Program-made: the position numbers and the translations under genes
In this document: piece after piece, positions 8,291-16,375 of the stretch
Layout: each line of letters opens with the position of its first letter
How positions within the stretch are numbered: the first letter of the stretch is position 1
The notes under the pieces: model-generated
Seen by the model: only the letters and a program-made list of their open reading frames with translations
Told to the model about the DNA's origin: nothing
Databases searched by the model: none
Virus record (IMG/VR): IMGVR_UViG_2049941000_000836
Source of the DNA: an uncultured virus (IMG/VR IMGVR_UViG_2049941000_000836)
Taxonomy: Duplodnaviria; Heunggongvirae; Uroviricota; Caudoviricetes
Length of the DNA: 57,102 nt
Strand: one strand, 5' to 3'

Positions 8291-8317
8291 GCCGGAGATT
8301 GACCGCTCCGGCTCGGT
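8291..8317 (-). ncRNA. H-type pseudoknot leader element, copy A
   Basis: ACCG-A-GCCGGAG-CGGT-CAAT-CTCCGGC. Confidence 0.65.
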
Positions 8318-8374
8318 ATCTGCTATGTTCGATTGCTTTGTATGTCTTAACAGGACAATGAACGGTAAAAAAAT

Positions 8375-8908
8375 TTACTTGTTTGCCGTCATCATGTCGT
8401 AGAGCTTTGCTTTGAGGCGAATGACCTCAGCCTCTGCATCCGCAGCTCTCTTTTCCGCTGCTGCGAGACTCGTATTGGCGGTCTGTACCATGTTGGCTTC
8501 TGTATGGAGCGTGGATTTCGCGGCTTCGAGATCGCGGGTCAGCTTTTCGATTGTTGCTGTCGCTGCTTTCTTTTCGGAGCGGAGTGTTTCAAGCTCCTCA
8601 TGCTCCAAGTTCGTGTGCTGGTTCCAGAAGCGGGTCGCATCCTCCCAACTCCATACATGGAACAGGATGAAGTAGAACGTGTCGCGGGTTCCTCTTTTGC
8701 CGCTGTAAATCGTGCCTTTCGGGTCGGGATTGCCGTTCCTGTCTTCCATGCCGATGTCGTTTGCCAGTTCGTCAAGCTCCTCGATAGTGCTGTGACCGAT
8801 GATGTCCTGCGCAACCACGATGTCTTCATCTTTCGTGCTAATGCCATGTGCCATAACGTGCTTGACGAGTTCCTTTGCGCTCTTGATGTTTTCATAAATG
8901 CTTGCCAT
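8375..8908 (-). CDS. Hypothetical protein with C-terminal coiled coil
   Basis: GGAGG RBS; ends EVIRLKAKLYDMM. Confidence 0.8.
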   Translation of the reverse strand: MASIYENIKSAKELVKHVMAHGISTKDEDIVVAQDIIGHSTIEELDELANDIGMEDRNGNPDPKGTIYSGKRGTRDTFYFILFHVWSWEDATRFWNQHTNLEHEELETLRSEKKAATATIEKLTRDLEAAKSTLHTEANMVQTANTSLAAAEKRAADAEAEVIRLKAKLYDMMTANK

Positions 8909-8956
8909 TGTGATTACCTCCGTTGTATTTTTGTGTTGTACGCTGTAAGCGTGGAC

Positions 8957-9085
8957 TTAGATGTTGAAAAGCTCTCTGTAAAACTGGATGCCGCAGCCGG
9001 TGGTTTCGATCACGAACTCTCTTTTGACGGTATCGTAAATTCCGTACCAGTTTTGGCTGATCTGTCTGACTTCGTATCTCTTCAT
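8957..9085 (-). CDS. 42-aa peptide MKRYEVRQISQNWYGIYDTVKREFVIETTGCGIQFYRELFNI
   Basis: AGGAGG RBS; first ORF after promoter 9144-9172; below the ORF-track cutoff. Confidence 0.65.
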   Translation of the reverse strand: MKRYEVRQISQNWYGIYDTVKREFVIETTGCGIQFYRELFNI

Positions 9086-9143
9086 GGTGATTACCTCCTA
9101 AAGTTGTGACCCATATCGGGCAGCTGTTTTATCTTACAGCTCA

Positions 9144-9172
9144 ATTATAGTCCCTATTTGGGGCAATGTCAA
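9144..9172 (-). promoter_or_regulatory. Perfect-consensus sigma-A promoter with an operator in the spacer
   Basis: TTGACA-TTGCCCCAAATAGGGAC-TATAAT. Confidence 0.9.
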
Positions 9173-9256
9173 GTATTTTTTGAAAAAAATTTAAAAAAAT
9201 TTGAATAAATTTTGAAAAACGCCGAAAATCGGACGCTTTTTGGGTCGCTGACAAAC

Positions 9257-9303
9257 AAAAAATCCCCTCTCCAATCCGTTTTTCTGCGGAATAGAGAGGG
9301 GAT
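9257..9303 (-). terminator. Intrinsic terminator of the late operon
   Basis: ATCCCCTCTC/GAGAGGGGAT stem plus T-run on the minus strand after the holin. Confidence 0.8.
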
Positions 9304-9319
9304 AGAGGTAATTCAGTAG

Positions 9320-9622
9320 CTATTCGTCGCTGTCATCTGTGGAGAAGCCTATTGCGGATGTGCTGTCATCGCCTGTATTAGCTTCATGTGCGTTTCCGAG
9401 GCTGCTGCTGTCGGACGGATTGCCACTCGGATGTGAGCTGTCTGCAATGCCCTCCGCAAGCATATAGGCGATAATAGAGCCGCCAGACACAATCAAGCCG
9501 GTGATCTGTGTAGCCGTGCTATCTGCTACGCCAAAGGCAAGGAGTATAGGAGCGATAAATCCGGCGACAGCTACCCAAAACTTCCTGCTGCTGAGTTTGC
9601 GTTTCCAGTCAATCTTCATCAC
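9320..9622 (-). CDS. Holin
   Basis: KIDWKRKLSSRKFW followed by two hydrophobic helices; lysis cassette. Confidence 0.8.
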   Translation of the reverse strand: MMKIDWKRKLSSRKFWVAVAGFIAPILLAFGVADSTATQITGLIVSGGSIIAYMLAEGIADSSHPSGNPSDSSSLGNAHEANTGDDSTSAIGFSTDDSDE

Positions 9623-9873
9623 TGATTCCCCCTTTCGGTTTTGCGTTCGAGATCGTCTATTCGGTGATTGGCTACTTTCATTTTTTCGTCGAAAAGCAGC
9701 ATATTTTCTTCCAGTCTGTATGTGCGTTCGATGAGTCCATTGTGCTTATCCTGCTTCTTTTCAAGCTGTTCGATTCTGTATGCGGTCAATTTGCCGTTGA
9801 CAAATATTCCGGCGAATGTGCCGAGTGCGCTGCCGAGCAGCGTTATGAGTGAAACGATGATTTCCGGCTCCAT
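9619..9873 (-). CDS. Holin-like membrane protein (TM helix plus coiled coil)
   Basis: LTAYRIEQLEKKQDKHN motif; lysis cassette. Confidence 0.7.
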   Translation of the reverse strand: MEPEIIVSLITLLGSALGTFAGIFVNGKLTAYRIEQLEKKQDKHNGLIERTYRLEENMLLFDEKMKVANHRIDDLERKTERGNQ

Positions 9874-9874
9874 G

Positions 9875-10525
9875 TTATATCACCGCCTTTTTGAGCGCAG
9901 TACGGGTCTTGTTACCTACAATACAGTCCGGTTCAAGACTATGCTCTTTCTGGAATTTGATGATCGCGGCTTTTGTCCGGTCTCCGAAAATGCCGTCGAG
10001 CTTGATATTTGCTCCGGTTCTTCGGATATACCACTGTACCCAAATAACACCATTGCCTCTGTCGCCGTAGGAGATCGCATCCTTTGGCTCAGGATAAGGA
10101 CAGTCGAGGAATGATATGCGGGTGTTGTTGCCGCTGTCTTTCCATCTGGCGTAGCGTGATCTGGTATCTATGTGGGTGAAGTTGCTGCTCTCGTACCAAC
10201 CAATACCCCTGACTCCAATAGCCTCAGCGTATCGTGCTACGTCCCTGCTCCTGACACCCTCCACCACAATATCGGCTGCCATGCCTTTTGTATGATAGCT
10301 GTTTTTTACGCCTCCGACTTTGGCGTTATGCTCCGGTGTACGATAGCCGGAAGTGACCGTGACCGGCTTGCCGAAGTGCCGTCTGATTCGTTCCAGATAT
10401 TCTACAAGTTTGTTGTCTATCTTGATCTGGTCGGCTCCGTCGCGGCTTGCGAACTCATTTACAGCAAAATGAGCGGACAGCTTCTTTTTACCGTCCTGCT
10501 TCAAGCTGTATGTTTTGATAGACAT
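9875..10525 (-). CDS. Endolysin: M15 zinc peptidase plus peptidoglycan-binding domain
   Basis: SGYR..HN..VGG...SYH..GMAAD and HIDTR; C-terminal DGIFG..T..A...FQ repeat. Confidence 0.9.
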   Translation of the reverse strand: MSIKTYSLKQDGKKKLSAHFAVNEFASRDGADQIKIDNKLVEYLERIRRHFGKPVTVTSGYRTPEHNAKVGGVKNSYHTKGMAADIVVEGVRSRDVARYAEAIGVRGIGWYESSNFTHIDTRSRYARWKDSGNNTRISFLDCPYPEPKDAISYGDRGNGVIWVQWYIRRTGANIKLDGIFGDRTKAAIIKFQKEHSLEPDCIVGNKTRTALKKAVI

Positions 10526-10531
10526 TGCTTT

Positions 10532-11404
10532 TCATTCCCCCTGTCGCTTTCGGTATATGATTGTTCCAACGTGCATTGGCGTTATCCCGTGTTTTTTTGC
10601 AATCTCTCGATACGTTAGCCCGTTTTCAAAATCACGCATTATTTGATCGTTCCTGCGTCGTATTGCCCTTTTGTGCTTTTTTGCTGCTGCGGATTTTTCG
10701 ACGATAGCTGCAATTCTGCTTGGCGATACTTTGTATATCTCTGCCAGTTTTTCGTATGTTACACGTTTTGTGTAATAATCCCTTATTATCTTCTTGTTTC
10801 TCTTTTGATATTGCTTTATTTGGTTTTCCCTCTCTGCTTTGGCATCCTCATCATAACTGAGCGATAAAACATAATGCCTTGATAGGTTATGTCTTTCGGC
10901 AATTTGGTCTACCGTAAGCTGCCCTTTTTCGCAGTCTTCTACTGCATTTCGGTGTCTGATTTTTTTTACAAATCCCGAAATAGATTGAATTGTAATGGAT
11001 GTGCCTCCGAAGTATTCAATAAGATTTGAATACTCATCAAATCCGATGCATTTTGCAACCCGTCTTTCGCTATCAGATAAATCATTTATCCCTGATGGTT
11101 CTATAATATCTGGCGGTTCTGGATATTGCTTGATTGCCTTTCTGACAACATCTTTCGAGACTCGGTACTTATCGGCAAGCATAAAAACTGATAATCTTGC
11201 CTTATGGTAGTCTGATGAAATCGACTGATGTTTTTCTCGTCGCGTCACTCGTTCTCTCGATGGAATGTAAAGTTTCTTCCCTCCGAAATTGTAAACCAAT
11301 AACTCATATGCTTCATAACCTACACACATATAGATGTTTCGTTGGTTTGGCGATAAATCTTTTTCCCTCATATCGTACCAATAGTCATCGTCGCTGTATG
11401 CCAA
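10532..11404 (-). CDS. Multi-Mor/HTH domain transcription regulator
   Basis: Two Mor-like units (FGGKKLYIP, FGGTSITI) and four HTHs in total. Confidence 0.75.
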   Translation of the reverse strand: MAYSDDDYWYDMREKDLSPNQRNIYMCVGYEAYELLVYNFGGKKLYIPSRERVTRREKHQSISSDYHKARLSVFMLADKYRVSKDVVRKAIKQYPEPPDIIEPSGINDLSDSERRVAKCIGFDEYSNLIEYFGGTSITIQSISGFVKKIRHRNAVEDCEKGQLTVDQIAERHNLSRHYVLSLSYDEDAKAERENQIKQYQKRNKKIIRDYYTKRVTYEKLAEIYKVSPSRIAAIVEKSAAAKKHKRAIRRRNDQIMRDFENGLTYREIAKKHGITPMHVGTIIYRKRQGE

Positions 11405-11420
11405 GAATTATCACCTCGGT

Positions 11421-12092
11421 CTAATCCATAATAAAGCTCCGTAAGTTTACTTCCTCAGAGTGCAATCTCATTTTGTTTAATGCCCTTTTTTCAATATCGA
11501 TTATGGTGCGTTCGTTTAATGAAGTTTCGTTCGCTGTCTTCGTTATGGAGAACAATTGAAAATATCTTAAATAGATCACACGCTTTTCCTGCTCACTTAA
11601 ATATTCCATCAATTTGTTAAGTGAAGAACGTAATTCGTTGATGTAAATAACTCTTACTCTTTCCTCGAATCGCATTGTTGCTACGGGGTCTGGGAGTAGG
11701 TCTAAAATTGTTCCCTCGTTATCATCTGCAAAGCATTCATCCAAAGAGCTTTTTTCTTTCATTGGGTCATGTCTACGACTCATGGCTCGGATTTCTCTGG
11801 TTTGCGCTCGAATTTCATTCTTGTAATACGCAATGAACTGATAAAGATTACCCATATCGTAATTAGCAAATTTGTATTTTTGCAAGGTCTTGATTATTGC
11901 AAAATAACTCTCTTGCATAATATCATCAATTTCGCACAGTCTTGTATCGTTCTTAACACATAAAAGTTTGGTTGCAAAATATCTTGCCTCTGGTCTGAGC
12001 AAACACCATAAACCATAAACGTGAGAGGTATCTCCGAAATTGATTCTACGAATAGCCTCAATCGCTTTTTCGTATCGTTCTTCTTTTTTCAT
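11421..12092 (-). CDS. Sigma-70 family RNA polymerase sigma factor
   Basis: Region 2 (DDIMQESYFAI), SLD linker, region 4 (LSEQEKRVIYLRYF...IEKRALNKMR). Confidence 0.85.
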   Translation of the reverse strand: MKKEERYEKAIEAIRRINFGDTSHVYGLWCLLRPEARYFATKLLCVKNDTRLCEIDDIMQESYFAIIKTLQKYKFANYDMGNLYQFIAYYKNEIRAQTREIRAMSRRHDPMKEKSSLDECFADDNEGTILDLLPDPVATMRFEERVRVIYINELRSSLNKLMEYLSEQEKRVIYLRYFQLFSITKTANETSLNERTIIDIEKRALNKMRLHSEEVNLRSFIMD

Positions 12093-12119
12093 AGACTCTC
12101 CCTCTGCTGCTCCGGCGAA

Positions 12120-13343
12120 TTAACTGCCGCTGACGATATACCAAGGGTAGTTGCCTGACCCGCCGGTCATTTGGACGAATCGGTTATACATCGTTCCCGG
12201 TGCGGAAACTTTGACAGCCGTCTGCAGCATCCAATTCCCGCCGTACCTTGCATTTGTTATGACATAATCGGAGTCACTGGTCGGAAGGTCAGTCCAGTGA
12301 TCTTTGTCCGCGAAGAATGTGCCGTCTTTCGTGTATTCGTAGACGTGCGAATTGTACTGCGAATACTGGTTGTTTATCCCGGCTCTGTATTGGGAGACTT
12401 TATCGTAGATGGTTTTCCATTCTCTCCAATACGATGTGTTGTTTCCGTAGTTGTATTGCCTGTACCAGATCGCACCGCCATCATCCGGGATGAATACCTG
12501 CACGTCGCCGTTCTTTCTTTCGGTATCGCGCCCAAAGGTAAGAATAAGACCGGTCATTCCTCCGTTCGTTATAGGCGCGTGTGCTATGCCGTTTGGTGCT
12601 GCTTCTATCGCTCCCGGCGTGTTGTCTACACCGCAGGGAACAATGATATTATTCGGCAAATTGTCGAAGTCGTAATTGTACGGTGAGTCTCCCCAATGGG
12701 TAGCGTTGAGATAGGTGCTTACTCCCTGTACGGATGCTCGTACTGCTGCTCCCGCGCTGCTGTATGAGGTGGATTTTCCGGTTCGAATACCTGTTACTTC
12801 TGCTTCTACCGTTCCGGCTTCAGGAAGCTCTCCGGTATCTGCCATTCGTTCCAGTACGTCCATGCGGTTCTTGATTTCCTGTATTTCTACAATTCTTGCA
12901 TTGAGCGCGGACATATCCTGTGTAGCTTCTATTGCGCTGTCGTTTTTGATAGACGCTTCTACAATCAAGAGGAACGGTTTCGAGCTGATGATCGGATGGG
13001 AAGTAGTGTCTCCTCCGTAAAGCCAGATTTCACATTTGTACGTTCCGGCTCTGTGGGTGACCCCTCCGGGCAGGAGAAATGTGACTGTACCGTTCTCCGC
13101 AGACTCGACCGTGCCGTTGATGAAACTGATCTTCATCTTCGACCCTTCGTAATAACCAATAGGCTGAATATACATTGTAGTGGTGCAATTCGAGAGATCG
13201 AGCGAGTCGTCCTCAACATCTGTCAAATCAACGTCACGAAATTTGACATGAATCTGGCGGCTGTTGTTGTCGTACTGCTTAACCGTGATCGCAGTTATTG
13301 TACCGTTTATATCTACTTCTCTTGGAATATAATCCTGCGGCAT
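12120..13343 (-). CDS. BppU-like baseplate/receptor-binding protein
   Basis: N-terminal VKQYDNNSR (BppU/DUF2479-like), coiled coil, aromatic beta-rich C-terminus. Confidence 0.75.
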   Translation of the reverse strand: MPQDYIPREVDINGTITAITVKQYDNNSRQIHVKFRDVDLTDVEDDSLDLSNCTTTMYIQPIGYYEGSKMKISFINGTVESAENGTVTFLLPGGVTHRAGTYKCEIWLYGGDTTSHPIISSKPFLLIVEASIKNDSAIEATQDMSALNARIVEIQEIKNRMDVLERMADTGELPEAGTVEAEVTGIRTGKSTSYSSAGAAVRASVQGVSTYLNATHWGDSPYNYDFDNLPNNIIVPCGVDNTPGAIEAAPNGIAHAPITNGGMTGLILTFGRDTERKNGDVQVFIPDDGGAIWYRQYNYGNNTSYWREWKTIYDKVSQYRAGINNQYSQYNSHVYEYTKDGTFFADKDHWTDLPTSDSDYVITNARYGGNWMLQTAVKVSAPGTMYNRFVQMTGGSGNYPWYIVSGS

Positions 13344-13345
13344 AA

Positions 13346-13972
13346 TTAATCATCTCCATCCTTCCATGTGCCGTTTATGTTTACCCGGACAAGAGTCTCC
13401 TCCCATACACCGTTAATATTCTGGTATCGCTGCGCCCTTTTCCAGGTGCCGTTTACGTTGAATCTGTAGCTCATGGTTTCTTCTACAACTGTCGGTGTGG
13501 TAGGTGACGTAGGTGTAGAAGTGCTGTCGCCGGTGGTCGGTGCTGTATATGTGGGTAGTTTTGCGTCGTATTTTTTTGGACTGCTTTTGGAGCCAAGTTT
13601 ACCTGAGTTGCCGGTGGAGTCGCTTCTTGCAACATAGAACTCAACGGATATTTTGTTGCTGGTCGTTTTTCCGCTGAGCGTGATCGCGCTTGCAGAGTGC
13701 TTTGTCGTACCGCTCCATGTTGCAGAAGTGGTCTTAATGGTGACCGACTTCCAAGAAGAGCTACCGCTGAGTCTGGCATAAATGACGAGACCTTTGCCCG
13801 TCCCCAAGTAGGAGCCGCTGCTCTGCAGCCATCCCTTGAAATTCAGCGTAACGGATATAGACGTGGTTGTTGCGCTTGCTCTGGTCGCTGTGTATGTGCA
13901 AGAGTAGTGAACGTAGGGAGAGCTGTACGGTGACGAAATGTCGTTTATGAGCGTTCCTGATGTTGTCGCCAT
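13346..13972 (-). CDS. Ser/Thr-rich minor tail protein
   Basis: Beta-rich; C-terminal NINGxW repeats. Confidence 0.7.
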   Translation of the reverse strand: MATTSGTLINDISSPYSSPYVHYSCTYTATRASATTTSISVTLNFKGWLQSSGSYLGTGKGLVIYARLSGSSSWKSVTIKTTSATWSGTTKHSASAITLSGKTTSNKISVEFYVARSDSTGNSGKLGSKSSPKKYDAKLPTYTAPTTGDSTSTPTSPTTPTVVEETMSYRFNVNGTWKRAQRYQNINGVWEETLVRVNINGTWKDGDD

Positions 13973-13983
13973 TCGTCGTCACC

Positions 13984-14487
13984 TCAGCTCTCGATTTTGT
14001 AGTAAATATCGCCGTGACTGCCTCCGGTCGGTTCTTCCGTGCCGTAGCTGATATTTGGTATTCCGCTGTCGATGATGTTCTTTCTGGTCGCATTGCTGAC
14101 AGAGGTAATTGCTGAGCCTGTTACCGTCGCCGTTGCAATAGCCACTTCGTTACTGGCTGCTGCTGTCGTACCCTGCTTTACTGCTATCTCGACGTTTCGG
14201 CTTGCTGTATTCAGCCTCGCTACGATGAGATCGGTGCGCGTACCGGTCGCTGCTGTGAGCGTAACTGTAGAAGCGGACGTATCGCAGAAGAAAACACCAT
14301 TAATAGCTCCTCTGCCGGAAGTGAGATTGACGGTCAATCCCGTACCCGCAGAGGCGATGAAGCTGTTCGGGGATATTCCGGTCTTGAATACTGCCTTAAG
14401 CAGTTCCGTAAAGAATACCTGACCGACTTCCCTGTCGTATGTGCCGCTGTTTTCGACAGCGTTAAAAAATCCGTATTCCAATGCCAT
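13984..14487 (-). CDS. Baseplate structural protein
   Basis: YGFFN...DR start; R.DLIVARLN motif; tail context. Confidence 0.75.
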   Translation of the reverse strand: MALEYGFFNAVENSGTYDREVGQVFFTELLKAVFKTGISPNSFIASAGTGLTVNLTSGRGAINGVFFCDTSASTVTLTAATGTRTDLIVARLNTASRNVEIAVKQGTTAAASNEVAIATATVTGSAITSVSNATRKNIIDSGIPNISYGTEEPTGGSHGDIYYKIES

Positions 14488-15533
14488 TATGTCAGTTTCC
14501 TTTCGATGTATTTGGTTACAATCAAATATCCGTCCCCGAATTGTACTTTGAGTTGGAATGCTCCGCTTTCGTAAACTTCTTCAATCTCTGTAATTCTCTT
14601 TATACAGATTATCCCGTGTTCATCCTCTTTTATTGTGCAAAGATCGCCCAAGTCGTAATCTGTCATGTACCTAAGACTGGTTTGTGTTTCGATGTCAGCC
14701 TCGCAGGTTTCAACGACTCGATACGAGGCGAGTTTTTCGCTGCCTCTCTGCGTGAGCTTTGCCTTGTAATCGGTGTCCGATTCGTTTTCCTCTCGCTGAA
14801 CGTCTTTCGCGTCGATGAATATTTCCCGCCGCCGCCCGTTCTGCGAGTTGTCTATCACGACTGTCACTCGCGCTGCTCCTTCACCCTCACCGGCGACAAG
14901 CGCGTAATTGGCATAATCCCTCTCGGAATACTCGTAGGTAAATGTTTTGAGATTATCCCACTCGTTCGAGAAGATAGCTGACGTAGTACGGTCGTTTCCT
15001 TTCCAGACTCCGAAATACAGGGTCTTTGTGCTGAGATCGCAAGTCACTGAATACGTCGCGTTGACCGTACTCAAAAGGTCATAGAGGTATTCGCTCAGGT
15101 TCTTTCCTGTGACCTGAGTGCTGATGTTGCTGCCGATCTCCGGTGAGTTTACGGTTGCAAGATGGATATAGGGAAAATCCTGCTGCGGCAAATATGTCGC
15201 AACAAGATTTCGTGCAATGTATTCCGGTGTTTTATTCGTGTATTTCGCTGTCGGATATATTATCCGGTCTGCGAGTAAGCACTCAATAAATCTCCCTTTG
15301 ATGTAACAATTCGGGGTTTTGAGTCCGTAGTTTTCGACAAGTCCTATTTCGCTCCGGTCGGACCGGTAAACGTATGTTGCACTTGCCAAGTCCCGGAACA
15401 TATCGTGAGCGCAATGCAGCTCGAAGTCTCCCGGCTCGTTATACTTTCGCCGCCAAATCAGCGAGTAGAAAATGTCGATGATCTTGATAATCTCGAAATT
15501 TTCATCTAACAGATAAATATCCATAGCCATCAA
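14487..15533 (-). CDS. Siphovirus Gp37-like baseplate hub (Tal) protein
   Basis: SLIW.RKY..PGDFEL, VAGEGEG..R, RRE.FIDA.D, DYDLGD. Confidence 0.85.
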   Translation of the reverse strand: MMAMDIYLLDENFEIIKIIDIFYSLIWRRKYNEPGDFELHCAHDMFRDLASATYVYRSDRSEIGLVENYGLKTPNCYIKGRFIECLLADRIIYPTAKYTNKTPEYIARNLVATYLPQQDFPYIHLATVNSPEIGSNISTQVTGKNLSEYLYDLLSTVNATYSVTCDLSTKTLYFGVWKGNDRTTSAIFSNEWDNLKTFTYEYSERDYANYALVAGEGEGAARVTVVIDNSQNGRRREIFIDAKDVQREENESDTDYKAKLTQRGSEKLASYRVVETCEADIETQTSLRYMTDYDLGDLCTIKEDEHGIICIKRITEIEEVYESGAFQLKVQFGDGYLIVTKYIERKLT

Positions 15534-16375
15534 ATCCCATAGAATAAAGCTGTGTACTTAACATTTGCCGCCAGATTGTCCGACCCTTCGTTGCTGCTGT
15601 ACGTCAGTTGGTTAAGTCCTTTTTCGAGGAAGTCTGAGAATTGACTCGTAGGGTCTATGTGGCAACGTGCGCCGCCAATAATAGTAGCGTTTTTATTCCG
15701 TCGGACTGTGGATATTCTCAGTACGCTCCCTGCTGTCATCTGGTCGGTGATTTTGATCTTCTTGCCGTTGGTGCGGTTCAAAATATACGGGGCTGTAACC
15801 GTACTCGCGGCTGCTATATCGACTATCATATCGGCGTAGGTGTCGCCGTTGTTCGTCAGGTTGATGTCGCCGGTACTGGTCTGAGTGCCTATAATGCAAG
15901 GCAAATGACACGGCAAATGAAATTTTGCCGTCTTGATGGTAGCCGACTGGTAAACAGAATCCTCTGCCTTGAAAAAAGGGTCAGGGCAGAGGACACTAAG
16001 ATTTACGTTTGATCTGGTATATCGGTTTTTCTCGGATATTTCAAATTCCGATGGTACGCCGGTTATATACCGTATGATCTTGCCTCGCTTTGCTGTGATC
16101 GTCAGCTCTTTCTGAGGCGCAAAAAAGCTGATAAGTGACTGCCGTATTTCCTCGGCATTTTTGCCACTGAAATCCCATGCTATTTCCAACGTGCGTGAGC
16201 TGAGTCGTGCTGTCGAAATATAGCCTCCATCCGATGCGCCACCCTCGGATAGCTGAACATCGTAATCTGCGGAGTCAAATCCGCTGTGAGAGAGCAGCTT
16301 AAAGTCGGAGGTGCTGTCTCCGACAGTTATGCTCTTCGTACCGTTGCTGATCTCGATAGTAAATAACTCCGTCAA
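15530..16375 (-). CDS. Distal tail protein (Dit)
   Basis: Follows tape measure; CPDPFF and L..G.N motifs. Confidence 0.85.
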   Translation of the reverse strand: MTELFTIEISNGTKSITVGDSTSDFKLLSHSGFDSADYDVQLSEGGASDGGYISTARLSSRTLEIAWDFSGKNAEEIRQSLISFFAPQKELTITAKRGKIIRYITGVPSEFEISEKNRYTRSNVNLSVLCPDPFFKAEDSVYQSATIKTAKFHLPCHLPCIIGTQTSTGDINLTNNGDTYADMIVDIAAASTVTAPYILNRTNGKKIKITDQMTAGSVLRISTVRRNKNATIIGGARCHIDPTSQFSDFLEKGLNQLTYSSNEGSDNLAANVKYTALFYGI

